The translations under genes were made by a program, and so were the position numbers. DNA of 64,000 nucleotides from IMG/VR virus record IMGVR_UViG_3300020055_000013; one strand, given 5' to 3'. Of this stretch, positions 49,643 to 58,759 are shown piece after piece. The number at the start of each line of letters is the position of its first letter. Position 1 is the stretch's first letter. Origin of the DNA: an uncultured virus (IMG/VR IMGVR_UViG_3300020055_000013). Lineage: Duplodnaviria; Heunggongvirae; Uroviricota; Caudoviricetes. A model generated the notes under the pieces. It ran no database searches. It was not told where the DNA came from and saw only the letters and a program-made list of their open reading frames with translations.

Positions 49643-52600
49643 TTACCATGTAGAAAGTGATGAACGTTTCCAAGTGTTGGTTGATACACACACATAAATA
49701 TAATTACCGTCCCAGCAAATATCTCCAGCATTTCCAGTATCTGAAGATGAAGAAGGTGTTTTAGCTGTTCTTAGTCTTAATTTATTTGAATTAATATCTA
49801 GCCTTGCAGATGGTGAAGTAACCCCTATACCAACATCTCCCCCAGCTTTAATAATCATCTTGCCATTATTATTTGTTCTGAATTCAAGATCGTGATTACT
49901 GTTAGTACCAACTATCCCTTTACTCTGCCCAGCTAGTGACTGCACCTTTGTTTTAACTGTTCCGTCGTCTACGAGAACCTGAGCGTTTCCAGCTTCATAC
50001 ACATGCAGTCTTTGGGTAGGAACACCTATCCCGATGCCAACATTGTTTGCGCCAGCGTCAACATAAATAAGATTATCCTCACTAGCTCCTCTAACTTCAA
50101 AATCTTGATCGTCATAGAGAGGATTAACTAGAACTAATCCTTGATCAGAAGAATTGCGAAGGGTAATTCTAGTAGTATTATTTGTTCTGAGAACAAAATC
50201 ATGGTCAGTGATAGTGCCAGCATAGCATATGTTAGACAGTGTTTGTAGTTTAGCTCTGGCTGTACCATTATCAACTACTATTTGGCAGTCGCTGTCTGTT
50301 GTGTCGCGAACATGAAGCTTGGAAAGGGGCGAAGTCGTCCCTATACCAACATCTCCAGCAAAATAATTTTTATCACTAGAACCAACTTGGTAGAGACCAT
50401 ACGTATTAGTAGAGTTTAGTATTGATTGTATGTAAACGCCGTAAGCATTTGTAATACCACCATTGCCGGGAGAACTTAAATCGCCATTAATATAAACATC
50501 AATACCCCTTGCTGTATTAATATTTCCTGTGCCTTGGCTATAATTTATAACTCTTGACTGAACGCCGTAAGCAGCAGTTAGGTTTCCGTTGTCACTTTCA
50601 TTATTGATACCAGCATAAGTTCTGAGTCCATAGGCTGCACTGAGTGATCCTTCGTCTGCAAGAACAGATGTAATTTCTGTTCCAATAGTATAACCAGTAT
50701 CTGCTATTCCGCTATTAACATATTTTTTGGCGTAAATATATTCACCGAATGTGTAGTACTGCCCATTGCTTGTTGAGTAATTATTAGAACGAATATCAAA
50801 GGTTTGCTGGTTGCTCTGATTTGTGGTGGTTTGTGCTGTGTTTAACTTTCCATAAAGCGAAGCTGTACCAACACCAACCTTGTCAGCACCACCAGCACCC
50901 TTGACCAACAATAGGTTTTGATCAGCATCTCCCTCAACCCTAAAATTAACTGGATATCCCAGTTCATTAATAACCGTATTACCATTAGATTCAACTATTA
51001 TTCTTTCAATTGCATCTGTTACAAATCGTAGATTAATTGCGCCACTGGTTCCAACATTAAAACTGCTAGTAGAAACGCCCAGCCCACAATACGCACCAGC
51101 TTCATCATAAAGACGCATATACCCTAACGTTGATGTGCTTGTATCAAGCGATTTGTCTGGATATTCCCACCTTACAAGATCATCGAATTCAACCGTACCG
51201 TTAACATCTAGTTTGGCCTGTGGCGAAGCCGTCCCTATGCCAACCCTGTCTTGGTAATCCACCCTCATAACTTCAGAGTCATCAACATTAAAAGTAATGG
51301 CAGAGCCACCAGCGCCAGAAAATATATCTGCATTCAGCTCTAGTATCCCATTATTTTTTGCTGTAATGTACGATTCGTTAGTGTCTTGCCCCATAAACAT
51401 TACAGCAGGATCAACGCCAACACCCCTAATAAATAATCCATCTTCATCGAGATTAGAGTTTGATGTTTTAACAAATAGTTTATAAGTTGGATCACTTTGT
51501 CCTATGCCAACAGTTTTCTTGTTTGCGTCTGTTTGGAATAGATGTGTTTCTCCGTTTCCCTCTATGCGGAGATCAACGTTGTTGCCGTCCTCGTTAAGCA
51601 CCGTTTCAGAAGATGTCATCTTTAATCGTGACGAACCACCAAAACCGCCACTTCTAATATGAAACGCGTCACTCTCTGAGAAGTCATTTTGAAGTGACCA
51701 CTTTGCACTTCCAGCCCTGACTAGAGCAAAGCCAGAGTCACCACCTCCAGTATGTTGTGCGTACCAGACTCCACCAGAGAAATATCCAAGAGATGAACCG
51801 TGTTCTACCTCAAACTTCGCTGTTGGCGAAGCCGTCCCTATACCAACGTTTCCGTTATCTACCGCCAGTGCAGTATAACCATCTACAGTAAGCTGTTCAA
51901 AATGTCCACTGTTAGGAACATCATTGCTTCTACCCGGACCAAGTACAAGTATCCTGCCGTTAGTGCCAGTTTTTAGAACGCGCCCTATGTTCTGAACTAA
52001 CTCGCTGACACCAGTTGGTCTTACATTGGTCAAGCCGCCCCCATTATCAACATAAACTGTATTTCCAACGCTGAAGCCATTAGTGACGGCGCTTGGAAGA
52101 TTCTGAGCCAAGCCAAAAACGTGAACGTGACCCTCTGAGCCAGTTGAAAGATCTGAAGCAAGCAGGCCAATGGCGGGCATCTTTGCGGCGTTTGCACAAT
52201 CCGCTGGGGCGACAAGGGGCTTGCCATTAGACGAATAATACCCAGCAATATAAACGGGAGTACCTTCAGCGATAGTACTTCCAGTATCGTTTCGACATTC
52301 TGTAATTACAACACCGTCTAGGTCTCCATAAAAATATTCGGCAGTAACGTTACCGTCTATCGTAATGTTACCAGTACCAACTATATCATAGTTGTTAAGA
52401 TCTAAGTTACCATCTAGCTGCCCAGAATAGTCTCCAATTATATTATTGGCGTATATATTTCTGAAGTGATAGTTGGGTGATCCTAAGTCGTATTGTCCGC
52501 TTGCAAAAGGAATGAAGTGACCTTCGCTAGTAATCTTAAGTCTTTCTTCAGCAGTAGAGCTAAAGGCGGTAGAGAAAACCAAAGATGTGGCGTTGGAAGT

Positions 52601-52756
52601 TTGTGTGAAATTTCCTTCAGCGACAGCTTCAATTATCGCAGCGACAAGTACAGAATCAGCGCCGTCTGACTCGCTTGAGGCAGCAAACCCCAAGCGACCC
52701 AGAACATCGGCGTTAGAAATAACAGAGTCAGAACTCTGTAAGGTTATTGACTTCAT
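49643..52756 (-). CDS. Long tail fibre protein with VGIGT..P shaft repeats
   Basis: Seven VG(I/V)G repeats, three N...F/LR(V/I)EG modules, C-terminal TPSSSSDTGNAGDICWDGNYIYVCVSTNTWKR. Confidence 0.85.
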   Translation of the reverse strand: MKSITLQSSDSVISNADVLGRLGFAASSESDGADSVLVAAIIEAVAEGNFTQTSNATSLVFSTAFSSTAEERLKITSEGHFIPFASGQYDLGSPNYHFRNIYANNIIGDYSGQLDGNLDLNNYDIVGTGNITIDGNVTAEYFYGDLDGVVITECRNDTGSTIAEGTPVYIAGYYSSNGKPLVAPADCANAAKMPAIGLLASDLSTGSEGHVHVFGLAQNLPSAVTNGFSVGNTVYVDNGGGLTNVRPTGVSELVQNIGRVLKTGTNGRILVLGPGRSNDVPNSGHFEQLTVDGYTALAVDNGNVGIGTASPTAKFEVEHGSSLGYFSGGVWYAQHTGGGDSGFALVRAGSAKWSLQNDFSESDAFHIRSGGFGGSSRLKMTSSETVLNEDGNNVDLRIEGNGETHLFQTDANKKTVGIGQSDPTYKLFVKTSNSNLDEDGLFIRGVGVDPAVMFMGQDTNESYITAKNNGILELNADIFSGAGGSAITFNVDDSEVMRVDYQDRVGIGTASPQAKLDVNGTVEFDDLVRWEYPDKSLDTSTSTLGYMRLYDEAGAYCGLGVSTSSFNVGTSGAINLRFVTDAIERIIVESNGNTVINELGYPVNFRVEGDADQNLLLVKGAGGADKVGVGTASLYGKLNTAQTTTNQSNQQTFDIRSNNYSTSNGQYYTFGEYIYAKKYVNSGIADTGYTIGTEITSVLADEGSLSAAYGLRTYAGINNESDNGNLTAAYGVQSRVINYSQGTGNINTARGIDVYINGDLSSPGNGGITNAYGVYIQSILNSTNTYGLYQVGSSDKNYFAGDVGIGTTSPLSKLHVRDTTDSDCQIVVDNGTARAKLQTLSNICYAGTITDHDFVLRTNNTTRITLRNSSDQGLVLVNPLYDDQDFEVRGASEDNLIYVDAGANNVGIGIGVPTQRLHVYEAGNAQVLVDDGTVKTKVQSLAGQSKGIVGTNSNHDLEFRTNNNGKMIIKAGGDVGIGVTSPSARLDINSNKLRLRTAKTPSSSSDTGNAGDICWDGNYIYVCVSTNTWKRSSLSTW

Positions 52757-52757
52757 A

Positions 52758-53852
52758 TTAGATTATATACCAAGCCTGTGCGTCTGAAGCAGTACCAGTG
52801 GTTTTAGCTACACACGTTAAAGTTTCATATTGATAGTAAAGCCTTTTAGATGTAGCGCCATCTATAGTATCAGTCACTGAATCATGACTACCACCACTAA
52901 TAACAACATTACCAGCTCCAGAGTCGATCTTCTTAATAATTACAATCTTACCTTCAGCGGCTGTTGGTAGATTAACAGTTAAGTCTGAAGCACCAGTTGT
53001 AACCAGATTAATATCAGAAGAAATGGTATCACCAGTAGTGAAACTACTATCGACAGTACGTGATCTTTTAACTTCTGTAACACCGCCGTCAGCGATCTGT
53101 AATTCATTGCTACCGTTAAGATCAATAGTAGTTCCATCTTTCTTAACTTCTAAATCTATATCTCCACTACTTGTTATTGGGCTACCGCTGATAGTTAGAG
53201 TGTCAGAAGTAATCCCAACACTTGTTACCGTACCAGCCCCAAGGCCAGTAAGCAAATTAGATCTTGTTATTTTTCTTGTGGCATTACCACTTGAAGAATC
53301 AGCAATAGCAATATAGTCACCATCTTGGGCGCTGGTTACTATTGGTAAATCATCAATGTCTAAATCTAGTATTGGGTGGTCTGAATTGCTTGCTGGGAAT
53401 CTGTGTGAAAGACCAGAACCCTCTATTACAAACGGGTAGTAGTTAGTACCATCGTTAGTAAAAGACCAATAATCATTACCCTCATCCCAGCGAATATCTA
53501 CATCGCTAGAAGCACCCCTATTAACAACAATGCTTGCATCGTCACCGTCTGATGGAGTTCCAGTAAAATTACTTCTGAGAGTAATGCTAGAATCTTCAAC
53601 TAGTAGTTCTTCTAGGTTTACCTGATTAACAACACCAGAAACATTAAGATCTCCATAAACAGTGAGATCTCCATCAAAAGTTCCATTTCCACCAACGTCT
53701 AAGTTGCCAGAAACATCTACATTGGGAACATCTAAAGTAGAAGTGCCGCTGGTATAAACAAATCCAGAGGTGGATTCGTAAACTTGATCGGCAGCGTTTT
53801 CGCCAAAGAACACAATGCCCTTTGGTGTTCTATCGTAGGGTTGATATGCCAT
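52758..53852 (-). CDS. Fibre-like structural protein
   Basis: GNLDVGGN..FDGDLTVYGDLNVSG..LLVED triple-beta-like repeat; C-terminal TVNLPTA..GK..IIKK.D..DTIDG..WYII domain. Confidence 0.7.
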   Translation of the reverse strand: MAYQPYDRTPKGIVFFGENAADQVYESTSGFVYTSGTSTLDVPNVDVSGNLDVGGNGTFDGDLTVYGDLNVSGVVNQVNLEELLVEDSSITLRSNFTGTPSDGDDASIVVNRGASSDVDIRWDEGNDYWSFTNDGTNYYPFVIEGSGLSHRFPASNSDHPILDLDIDDLPIVTSAQDGDYIAIADSSSGNATRKITRSNLLTGLGAGTVTSVGITSDTLTISGSPITSSGDIDLEVKKDGTTIDLNGSNELQIADGGVTEVKRSRTVDSSFTTGDTISSDINLVTTGASDLTVNLPTAAEGKIVIIKKIDSGAGNVVISGGSHDSVTDTIDGATSKRLYYQYETLTCVAKTTGTASDAQAWYII

Positions 53853-53885
53853 TTTATTTCTCCGCGTGTGTGTGACCTACATAAT

Positions 53886-53896
53886 AATATACACTA
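53886..53896 (-). promoter_or_regulatory. Candidate late promoter TAGTGTATATT
   Basis: Same core motif, overlapping upstream stop, ~35 nt before ATG with GGAGA RBS. Confidence 0.45.
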
Positions 53897-54580
53897 CATT
53901 AAGTACCAATTGTTACCATTAGAATATAAAGCAATGGACGTATTTAAATAATGTATCGTAAAAGAGTTTTGTGAATCTATCGAGTCTCCAGACTGTGGTA
54001 AAATAACACAGTCATTATCTCCAGAAATTTTCTTGAAAGTAAAAGTGTATCCAGTAACGCTAGAAGCTATGGGCATAGTGACCTCAACTTCTTGCGTAGA
54101 ACAATCCACTAAAATAATATCATCATCATCAGTTATTGACCCATCAGACGAAACTGTGCGGGAATCTCTAACCCTTTTTGAGACAGATGTTGTCGCCGCC
54201 GTTGTTTGGATTGTGCCATCGGGAAACTTAATGCCGCCGTAGTTATCAGAGAAGCTTGTACCATAACCAGCTGAATTAAGAAGGAAGTTTGAAGTGGCAG
54301 GATATGTTACAAATACCGTTGATACTCCGGTTAGATCTAGCCTGTTGCCATTGTTACTACTTAGCAAAACGGCATCTCTAGATAAACTGTCTGAGCTTAA
54401 CGTGTACGTTCCAATGCCAATTTCAAACTGTGTTGTAGTTTCTATAACATAGTACGTAGTATTCCCATCGCCAATCGCGTCCGCGAATGTCTGAAAGCTT
54501 GGAAGCGTAGCATTAAACGCAATGCTGCCAGTACCAGTTGTGATAGAAGTTTGTTTAACTCTATCTGCGATAATGAACAT
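53894..54580 (-). CDS. Short fibre protein (DRVK N-domain plus C-terminal domain shared with 52758-53852)
   Basis: ADRVKQTSITTGTG...FEIGIGTY...SSN...VFVTYPA; GIKFPDGTIQTTA; VTMP.A...G.TFTFKK...DSID...NWYLM. Confidence 0.7.
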   Translation of the reverse strand: MFIIADRVKQTSITTGTGSIAFNATLPSFQTFADAIGDGNTTYYVIETTTQFEIGIGTYTLSSDSLSRDAVLLSSNNGNRLDLTGVSTVFVTYPATSNFLLNSAGYGTSFSDNYGGIKFPDGTIQTTAATTSVSKRVRDSRTVSSDGSITDDDDIILVDCSTQEVEVTMPIASSVTGYTFTFKKISGDNDCVILPQSGDSIDSQNSFTIHYLNTSIALYSNGNNWYLM

Positions 54581-55063
54581 TTATTTTTGTTTTCTTTCTG
54601 CTCTAGATATAGCAAGTTTGATTAGTTTTTTAGCGCCGTATTTAAAAAATGGTATTTTTCTTTTCTCTGACTCTTCTTTAAGCCATAAGCAAATTGTATC
54701 TAAATTTTTCTTGCACCAAGATATACCTTTTTCATTCATCATTTTAGCCCTTTTGTTGCAAGAGCAATTGGGCGTAGCGCGAATATTCATAAAAGATAAC
54801 AATTTTTTCAGTTCAGTGCCAACCCCCTCTCCAATATCAGTGCTGTTTTTAATATTACCATTTCTAATATTTTCCATAATTTTGTATGACGGATGCTCGA
54901 AATTTTCTTTACTTTTACTTGGATAAGCTGGATGATCTACATCAATAACCCAAATATCATTTCCTAGTTTTTCAACAACACAGGCTTGAACCTCTTCAAG
55001 GCTGTAGCCTCTTTGCTCACATCTTGCTACTAAATTGTCTTTGTGTGTAGTAAATTTTTTCAT
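54581..55063 (-). CDS. Hypothetical Cys-containing basic protein
   Basis: GVGTELKKLL...PNCSCNKRA..MN..G.SWC; intact coupled ORF. Confidence 0.65.
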   Translation of the reverse strand: MKKFTTHKDNLVARCEQRGYSLEEVQACVVEKLGNDIWVIDVDHPAYPSKSKENFEHPSYKIMENIRNGNIKNSTDIGEGVGTELKKLLSFMNIRATPNCSCNKRAKMMNEKGISWCKKNLDTICLWLKEESEKRKIPFFKYGAKKLIKLAISRAERKQK

Positions 55064-55078
55064 AACATTCCTTTCGCA

Positions 55079-58000
55079 TTAATCGCTACAATCGTCGGTA
55101 CTAAGACTAGTAATAGATCCTTGAGAAACTTGATTATTAGAAGCGTCTAAAGTAGTCATTGTTACCGTAATATTGCTCCAAGCGGTCTCATCAAACAGTC
55201 TTAATTGTAATCTTGGGGGATTGTGGGTGCTTCCGTAATAATAGTGATACACACTTAAGCCATTTGTTTGCAGCGCCGAATTAGTATCGTCTGAATAAAC
55301 GGGGCTAGTTCTAGAATAGGATATTAGAGTGCCATTACTGTCTGTACCCTGAACGTCAATTTTCATCGAGACAACAGTGTTTGGTATATCTCCATTAACA
55401 ATTCTCAAATCTAAAGCGCAAGGCGGATCATCTATGCTATAGTTCTCTATTTTTAATTCACCCTGAACACATGGAGATTGATCTACTAAGTCGAATGTAG
55501 TAGATGGAGGTATAAAGTTTCCACAATACATAGTGTTGGTAGACAGCCTAAATTCGTCTAAATGGAAACAGCTGGAAACAACGTCAGACTGAAAATTAAA
55601 TGTATAGCTACCTACAGCAAAGCCTATGTCATCAATAGTAAACGGCACGCTGTGGTAATCAGTAATTAAAGTAGCTGATTCATCAAACTGTACGTCGGTG
55701 TTGTAAGAAAGTGTACCATCTAAATAAATAGATATATACTTTTGATCATTACTGTTGTTTAAGGAGCCATCCATGACTAATGCTATGTGATGCCAATCAT
55801 TGTCACTAATAGATAATACGTTTTCATTATTTATGGAATAATTGCTATTAACATAGTAATTGCGGTAAGGGTTAAATGTGTCTGCGTTCTGATCTAGAGA
55901 AAGAAGGACATTGACACTAGAAGAAGAAACGAAATCCAAAGACATTCTTAAAACGTGCTGGTCTATCGCGTTAACATCTGTTCCGTATGTATCAAAAATA
56001 ACAGGCTTATTAGTAGAAGTAAACTGAGAAATATTGGGAATTTTAATCCAGAATTCTATGGTCATTTTATTGTTGGAACCATCATAAGCTTCTATAGTAG
56101 AATTATTACTAAACCAAGGTTGTTCCACTGAATCTGCAACTCTAGAACTTAAAAATCTCATGTGTTTGTAGTTATAATCAAATGCAATGTTATCATATAT
56201 ATCGGAGTCAACAGGGCATGTGTCTAAATCTGGACTGAAAGATCCATCTCCAAACTTAACATTATCGCCACCAAAATATTCTTCTGGTATAGCTGGCTCA
56301 TTGATATAGCCAACATGACACTGCACAGCCCTTCCGTAAGAAGAGGAATCTGGTGTAAGTATAGCATCGCTGTCTGGATCATCGTAAGCGTAATCCAAGT
56401 GTAATAAAAGTTCCGAATTTGGATCGTTACTAGCATAGGGTCCAGCGCCATTAAGGTTGACTGCCGCAATTCTAACAAAATAATCTGAAGAAAGCTCAAG
56501 ATCTGTTATCGTCTCGCTAGTTGAGGATATTTCATCATCGTGCAGTATCCAATCTTGAGTTCCAGATTTTCTGTATTCTATCCTATAAGTAAGAGTGCCA
56601 CACCCGCCATCATCCAGAGGAGCATCCCAAGAAACGTCAAGTATGGTTGATGACGGAGACTCATATTGATTTACAGATAAACTTAAAGGAACAGATGGCA
56701 CATCAGAAGTAATAATTTCTATAGGTGGAGATTGAGAATATTTACTCGTCTTGACTTTTAAAACAAAAGAATAAACCAAACAACCGTCTGAAGTTAAGTT
56801 TAAATCATAACCGCTTGTTAAATTTTCCCACTCATTACTATTTGGCGTAAAAGTAAAGCTTTGAGATCCGCTGCTGGTAGAATAGGATAAGACGATTTCT
56901 GAAAGTGAACTGAGAGGACTGTTTAATTCCCAAGAAAAACTGAAGATCTCTCCACCTTCGTCATAAAAAACACTATTAATCAAAGGAGGAGGTGGCGGTG
57001 GAGCGGTAGTGTAAGTTGTAGTTAATTCTGGATCTGGAGGTTCGGTTGTGCTTGTCGTTGTATTTTGTATGAAAACAGTGTTGCTATAAGCTTCAGTTGG
57101 TGATGAAACAAAAATTCTATAAGTATTATTTCCTATAGTATCGTCATAAAAAACAATTTGCTTGTTTGATGATCCAGTCAGTGGTAATGATAGCCTTGAT
57201 GTGCAGCTTTCTCCTAACAACTCTACGTAGTATTCAAAATCAGAATGATAATAAGTATCAATTATAGCAGTCAGTTTGATTTTGCCATCCTCAATTACGG
57301 CAGAAAGGTTTTCAATAAAGCTTATAGCATCTGGATGAGGAGTAGTTGTTGTAGACTCTAAATCATCTGGGTCATAATACTCTTCAAGCGGAAGGCATAT
57401 TATGTTATCCCCAAAAAGTTGTATACTTGTTGGCAAAGAATCACAACAAGGAGAGTCGTCATAACGACAAGCACTTTGAATTTCAAATATAATCGCGTTA
57501 TCTTTAAGGTTTATTGGGGTTGGAATATTAAAGTCTATAGAAGGCTTGTCAATACTGTTTGTGTTTTTAATTCTTATTTTAGCATCTTGTATGCCAATAA
57601 TCTTGTGCGCTAAAATAGATCTAGAATTAAAATCTCTAACTGTAATAGATAAAGTATTTTCTATCTCTAACCTTCCGTAGCTATCAGAGTCTATGTAGAT
57701 CGCAATAGAATTTACAAGTTCGTCTTGTTGTACAATATTTGTAATTGTTACGAATTTTTGCTCTTTAAAGAGTAATATATCACGACCGTGTAGTAAATCA
57801 ACTGAATAATCACCACTATTTGTTTTTAGTAATACCTTCAGTCCATCATTCTTGTTCTTTAGACTTCCTTGTGGAAAAATAACTCTACCGCATGGACACT
57901 CTTGTAATCCACTCTTTTCTACTAATATGGGTTCGGGGGAATCAGTGGTTGTCGTCGTGGTAGTTGTTGTGGTGGTAGGTGTTTCGAAAATTAAGGCGTT

Positions 58001-58750
58001 GGAAGTCCTAGTAGTTCCGTCTGATAAAAACAGGGTTACATAAATCTCAAATTCATTATTTGGTATACTGAGAGAAGAAATAGAAATATCGAAAAATTGA
58101 TTATCAACCCCAATAGGTAAATCGTGATCTTGAAAGCCAAATAATTCGCTACCGATAGCACTCCAAGAAATTCTTGCAGACAAAGCGTTGATGTTTTTAG
58201 CAGTGTTGTAAGAATAATAATATCTAGAGTAAAAACCGGCTAGTTCTGAGTGAGTGATTACAACAAACGTGGGATCTGGCGTTGTGGTAGTAGTGATTTG
58301 ATCACCGACAGCTGGAACTGGAGTGGTAGAAATCAAAGGAGCTTGAGTAGTAGTAGTGGTAGTAGTGGTGGTTGTAGTTTGCTCTGGAGGAGTATCTGTA
58401 GTACTTGTTGTAGTAGTTGTTGTGGTTATGAAGTCTCCTTGGATATTGATAACCCCAACCATAAGTCCGTGTATCTGACATTGATAATACAATGAAGATG
58501 GAGCATCTCCGGGAACCTCAAAAACAATAGTTCCATTGCTAGTTCCGTTGTTTGTGACCCCTTTGTTATATGTATTTCCAGTGCCAACTCCGGGGTCAGT
58601 TTTTATCCAAAATGGATGCCCCGGAGAAGTAATATAGAAAGTTACAATATCACCACGGTTAAAAGTTAAAGATGGATTGTTTCCAGCGATGCCCACAAAT
58701 TTATAGGCAACAAAGCCGTCATTGGAAACGTAGTAACTATAATTAGCCAT
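55079..58750 (-). CDS. Multidomain virion adhesin: cupredoxin-like, Thr tracts, Fn3, LamG/ConA-like
   Basis: GHPFWI...LYYQCQIHGLMVG; Fn3 VSWDAPLDDGG...YRIEYR...YFVRIAAVN..G.GPY; LamG TIEFWIK...WHHIALV...IYLDG...LDEFRLS. Confidence 0.8.
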   Translation of the reverse strand: MANYSYYVSNDGFVAYKFVGIAGNNPSLTFNRGDIVTFYITSPGHPFWIKTDPGVGTGNTYNKGVTNNGTSNGTIVFEVPGDAPSSLYYQCQIHGLMVGVINIQGDFITTTTTTTSTTDTPPEQTTTTTTTTTTTQAPLISTTPVPAVGDQITTTTTPDPTFVVITHSELAGFYSRYYYSYNTAKNINALSARISWSAIGSELFGFQDHDLPIGVDNQFFDISISSLSIPNNEFEIYVTLFLSDGTTRTSNALIFETPTTTTTTTTTTTDSPEPILVEKSGLQECPCGRVIFPQGSLKNKNDGLKVLLKTNSGDYSVDLLHGRDILLFKEQKFVTITNIVQQDELVNSIAIYIDSDSYGRLEIENTLSITVRDFNSRSILAHKIIGIQDAKIRIKNTNSIDKPSIDFNIPTPINLKDNAIIFEIQSACRYDDSPCCDSLPTSIQLFGDNIICLPLEEYYDPDDLESTTTTPHPDAISFIENLSAVIEDGKIKLTAIIDTYYHSDFEYYVELLGESCTSRLSLPLTGSSNKQIVFYDDTIGNNTYRIFVSSPTEAYSNTVFIQNTTTSTTEPPDPELTTTYTTAPPPPPPLINSVFYDEGGEIFSFSWELNSPLSSLSEIVLSYSTSSGSQSFTFTPNSNEWENLTSGYDLNLTSDGCLVYSFVLKVKTSKYSQSPPIEIITSDVPSVPLSLSVNQYESPSSTILDVSWDAPLDDGGCGTLTYRIEYRKSGTQDWILHDDEISSTSETITDLELSSDYFVRIAAVNLNGAGPYASNDPNSELLLHLDYAYDDPDSDAILTPDSSSYGRAVQCHVGYINEPAIPEEYFGGDNVKFGDGSFSPDLDTCPVDSDIYDNIAFDYNYKHMRFLSSRVADSVEQPWFSNNSTIEAYDGSNNKMTIEFWIKIPNISQFTSTNKPVIFDTYGTDVNAIDQHVLRMSLDFVSSSSVNVLLSLDQNADTFNPYRNYYVNSNYSINNENVLSISDNDWHHIALVMDGSLNNSNDQKYISIYLDGTLSYNTDVQFDESATLITDYHSVPFTIDDIGFAVGSYTFNFQSDVVSSCFHLDEFRLSTNTMYCGNFIPPSTTFDLVDQSPCVQGELKIENYSIDDPPCALDLRIVNGDIPNTVVSMKIDVQGTDSNGTLISYSRTSPVYSDDTNSALQTNGLSVYHYYYGSTHNPPRLQLRLFDETAWSNITVTMTTLDASNNQVSQGSITSLSTDDCSD

Positions 58751-58759
58751 ATTAAACTC

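Noticed and set aside
49643..50000. Peptidase S74 intramolecular chaperone at tail fibre C-terminus
   Set aside because: No SD.RLK cleavage motif; the fibre ends in a different small domain.
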